Origin: Felis catus
Taxonomy: Eukaryota
NCBI RefSeq assembly: GCF_018350175.1
Contig: NC_058369.1
Span: 17,796,001 to 17,860,000 of the forward strand
Direction of reading: 5' to 3'
Length of the DNA: 64,000 nucleotides
Below, one piece after another: positions 61,201 to 64,000 of the stretch. Every line of letters begins with the position of its first letter. Position 1 is the stretch's first letter. A program made the translations under genes and the position numbers. The notes under the pieces were generated by a model. The model saw nothing but the letters and a program-made list of their open reading frames with translations, was not told the origin of the DNA and ran no database searches.

Positions 61201-63494
61201 CTGACGTGCCAAGATCCCCCTCAGCCCACACTTCTCACTCACCACTGAGGACCCGCCATGTCACACGGTAGCCAGTGGCACCTGGCACACTCCGCCAGGC
61301 CACCAGGAGGCTGTGGGCTGTGGTATTCTGGATGGTCAGCTCTGGCCCCTCCAGGGCAGCTGTGGGAAGGTCCAGCAGGGATTAGTGGAGTCAGGAGTGG
61401 GAAGGGGTTACTGGGCAATTAGATGAACGGGGTCAGAGGTTAGCAGAATTGCTCACTGGTCCGAGCTGTCCCGCTCACAGCCTCCCCGATGCTGTTGGCG
61501 TAGAGGGCTACCACGGTCACTTGGTACTCAGTCAGTGGCCGAAGACCCTGCAGCTGTGTGCTGGTCTCACCAGCTGGGATGCTCACCTGCCCAAGGCCAG
61601 AGGTCACTTTACCTTGCCCAGCCAAGTCCCCAGCCCTCCACCTACCACTCCTGACATCCTTACCTCCCGCCGCTCGCCTGGCAGTGGCTGTCCCAGCCCT
61701 GTCAGAGGAGCGTACTGGACCTTGTAGCCAGTCACAGGGCCACTGGCCGCCGTCCACCGTACTCTCAAGGATTGACTGCCTGCTTCGGACAGCACCAGGT
61801 CTCGTGGCCCAGATGTCAAGTCATCAGCTGGGAAGGGTGAGGAGTCAGGCAATCAGGCAGGAGGATCAGGGGTCAGACTTAAAGTGTAGCGTTGGGGTCA
61901 AGGGTTGGGGGCACATAAGGTCAGATCAGCACCTCAAGGGCAGGATCAGAGGACAGAACCCCCAGCTTGGTGTCAGGAGCACAGGGAATGGAAGCAGCAC
62001 CCTCAAGTTTGGGGACCTCAAGTTTGGGGAGGGAGGTCAGAGGTCTAGGTCAGGGCACAAGTGGGGGCAGGAACTCACTGGGCAAGGTCACAGGTACACC
62101 ACCAGCAGTTGTGCACACTCTCCGGGAAACAAGGGGCAGCAGTGTCCTCAAGATACTGAAGTCGTTGACGAAGAAGAAGAAATCACTGGTCGGCTGTGAG
62201 GCAACTCGCTTCAGCTCCTCGGGGTCGGCGTTCTTGATGCCTGAGGTGATGCCCAATCAGAGCTCAGCTGTCCACATGCCCTCTGACTGGCCCCTGCCAT
62301 AGCCCACTTGTCACCCCAGATGGGTACTCACCCACAGCAAACAGCTTGACCCCCTGCCCCTTCAGCCGCTGGGCAGCCGTATCCACCAGGTCCTGCGACT
62401 TCCCATCTGTGATGAGGATGCAGACCTGGGGCAGGTGCCAGGGGTAAATCAGTGCTGCCTCAGGCAGCTAACTTGGTGGGGGGAATGGTAGGGTGGGAGA
62501 TCACCTTGGGGACACCAGGTCGGGCCAGCTGGGGCAGGAAAATGTGGTCAGCCACGTGGAGAATTGCAGCCCCCGTGCGCGTGTTGCCCCCCTTGTAGCT
62601 GAGCTCACGGATGGCTCGGATCACCTCGCCCCCTGAGCCTGAGCCAAGTGCATCGAGGCCAAACTCCGTCCTGCAACAGGGGAGGGAAGGTGGCAACAGG
62701 TGGCAACAGACATTCTCTGGCCCTGGCCTCTAAGAGGCTCTGGGTGAGGCCTGTGAATATCAGGCCCCCTTGAGGGTCCTCTTGGTTCTGTGACTCCTGC
62801 CCTCCACCTCTGAAGCCATTAAGTTAACAAACTCCTCTGATACCCCTCTGTGCTCTGCTGGTGGCTGGAGCTCTTGGAGCTCGCTGCCTCGGGAAGCAGG
62901 ATGTCTAGTTAATTAAGTAATTGTGGGAGGAAGGGTCTAGTCGTAGGGAGGTGGATGTTGGCCAGACAGGGAGGCCCTGTGTGAGGGGAGAGGCAGAGGG
63001 CTGGAACATGGAGAGTTCAGTAGGCAGGGGGCATCTGAGGCCCCTGGGCTCTCCATCTCCAGATTAGAAAAGACAGCCTCGTCTTTGGCAGGACAATAGA
63101 CTGAAGGTGTCTCAGGTGTGAGGACTCTACCTGGGAGATCCCTGCCTCTGTCTCCACAGGATTTCCTGGCCAGGGGCGGGGCGGGGGGGGGGGGCGGGGA
63201 GGGTGTCTCTGGGTTCCTGAAAACCTGGCCTAGGGGTTTCGGGGCTCTCTGCTTCTGGGGGGAAGAGTCTTGGCCAGATCTCTGGGTTCCCAGCTCCAGG
63301 GGCTACCACTCACCGTGGATCGTCGCTATACTGCACAGCAGCAAAGCGCACACCTTGTGCACTGGCTGCCCCAGAGAATGGAAGCACCAGTCCCTCCAGG
63401 AAACCACGCACTTCACGGAAGTTGCCACGGCCGATAGACGAAGAGCCATCAAGTAGGAACACGATGTCAGCAGCATAAAGGCGAGTGCAGGTCA
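33508..63494 (-). CDS. COL7A1: Collagen type VII alpha 1 chain, exons 2-118; exon 1 beyond the right edge, probable donor at 63999
   Basis: vWA ([13 protein letters not shown]), FN3 repeats, second vWA, Gly-X-Y exons, NC2 with Kunitz domain. Exons: e2 63314-63494, e3 62505-62670, e4 62332-62425, e5 62079-62240, e6 61664-61827, e7 61457-61586, e8 61243-61359, e9 60980-61126, e10 60778-60894, e11 60554-60703, e12 60343-60471, e13 59619-59762, e14 59405-59530, e15 59159-59302, e16 58442-58561, e17 58139-58282, e18 57705-57830, e19 57459-57605, e20 57151-57273, e21 56707-56853, e22 56316-56450, e23 56084-56230, e24 55866-56002, e25 55442-55568, e26 55211-55357, e27 54951-55123, e28 54815-54850, e29 54704-54730, e30 54567-54611, e31 54431-54493, e32 53922-53993, e33 53791-53826, e34 53622-53657, e35 53385-53456, e36 53196-53273, e37 52925-52951, e38 52789-52842, e39 52584-52646, e40 52437-52496, e41 52297-52332, e42 52055-52099, e43 51940-51975, e44 51540-51584, e45 51421-51456, e46 51261-51293, e47 50866-50898, e48 50634-50687, e49 50497-50556, e50 50369-50404, e51 50181-50261, e52 50043-50078, e53 49801-49845, e54 49576-49647, e55 49314-49358, e56 49040-49066, e57 48814-48843, e58 48615-48695, e59 48503-48538, e60 48391-48426, e61 48221-48301, e62 47930-47965, e63 47216-47278, e64 46936-46980, e65 45911-45946, e66 45802-45837, e67 45594-45689, e68 45437-45472, e69 45305-45340, e70 45149-45196, e71 44792-44827, e72 44537-44659, e73 44255-44455, e74 44125-44160, e75 43990-44043, e76 43739-43807, e77 43617-43661, e78 43438-43500, e79 43245-43289, e80 42878-42913, e81 42715-42750, e82 42529-42573, e83 42276-42308, e84 42134-42196, e85 42008-42043, e86 41848-41928, e87 41640-41708, e88 41484-41519, e89 41368-41409, e90 41172-41216, e91 41038-41082, e92 40391-40426, e93 40249-40308, e94 40007-40114, e95 39759-39830, e96 39582-39617, e97 39397-39456, e98 39255-39299, e99 38997-39032, e100 38851-38886, e101 38715-38771, e102 38494-38565, e103 37943-38014, e104 37694-37729, e105 37297-37377, e106 36994-37047, e107 36863-36916, e108 36728-36790, e109 36211-36273, e110 35995-36111, e111 35747-35824, e112 35596-35649, e113 35418-35466, e114 34737-34769, e115 34502-34588, e116 34179-34268, e117 33855-34052, e118 33508-33524 (ends GAARS-stop). 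Confidence 0.97.
33855..34052 (-). other. COL7A1: COL7A1 exon 117: Kunitz/BPTI module of NC2
   Basis: [56 protein letters not shown]; all six cysteines and the [13 protein letters not shown] motif are present. Confidence 0.95.
43078..43115. repeat. (CA)n microsatellite, COL7A1 intron 79
   Basis: Direct tandem CA run. Confidence 0.95.
46200..46240. repeat. (TG)n microsatellite, COL7A1 intron 64
   Basis: Direct tandem TG run. Confidence 0.95.
47047..47190 (+). mobile_element. Short CAN-SINE in COL7A1 intron 63 (antisense to the gene)
   Basis: tRNA-like head, (TACA)n tail, TSD gggtaccatga at 47036-47046 and 47191-47201. Confidence 0.88.
47688..47911 (+). mobile_element. SINEC_Fc in COL7A1 intron 62 (antisense to the gene)
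   Basis: Full-length; TSD agatctcccctcact at 47673-47687 and 47912-47926. Confidence 0.92.
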
Positions 63495-64000
63495 CTGGGG
63501 CAGGGAGGAGCCATCATGCTTTTTTCTTGGAGCCCACCCACCCCTCCCTGCACTATGGTCCCTCCGCACTAGGGGCTGGGGAGGATGGAGTAGGCCTCAT
63601 CAGCTAAGCCAACCGGCGCAGGCCTCCTTGGGCCTGGGAGACTTGGAGGGTGGCACGGAGGGGCCCAGAGCAGACTCTCCATGGAGGACTGGTGTGTTTA
63701 GAGAAGGGAGAGCCACGGACGCAGGTGTGGATCTGGGGGCTGGGGTTGGCCTCAAGGGGCCAGGGTGGAGTGACAGAGAGTAGGCGACCCAGTGCACATC
63801 TGGGGAGCCAGAGTTTGAGACCCATTAGAATAGGATGCCGTTTGGGAGAGCCAGCACGGGGTTGCAGCGGGGGGGTTTGGGAAGTGGGGGGAGAGTTAGC
63901 AGAGATGCGGGGAGGGTCGTGGTGGTGGGGGGTCCCGGATGAAAGCCACAAGTGACAGGGTGCAGCGGCTTGGACGGCGTCCTTCCCGGCGGTGCCCACC

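Overview
Mammalian genomic DNA, most likely felid, judged from abundant Felidae-type CAN-SINEs (SINEC_Fc). It carries the conserved tandem cluster COL7A1 -> UCN2 -> PFKFB4, all on the minus strand. I traced COL7A1 exons 2-118 by hand (63494 down to the stop at 33508). Splice sites are GT-AG and exon lengths/phases fit one frame; exon 1 lies just past the right edge. UCN2 has an intact 112-codon CDS (32182-31844) ending in a Gly-Arg-Arg amidation signal. PFKFB4 coding exons 1-13 (450 codons) run from 26631 to 107; the last exon is off the left edge. PFKFB4 introns are packed with SINEs, old L1/HAL1, MLT1, MER21, MER58 and MIR, whereas the 30-kb COL7A1 gene has only two SINEs. I found no wholly new gene or system. 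The best leads are a phase-compatible alternative first exon of PFKFB4 just downstream of UCN2, the tight gene packing that favours read-through, a MIR-donated UCN2 poly(A) signal, a SINE whose target-site duplication overlaps a COL7A1 5' splice site, and several degenerate tandem arrays. Comparisons with human, dog or mouse are from memory, not from alignments.
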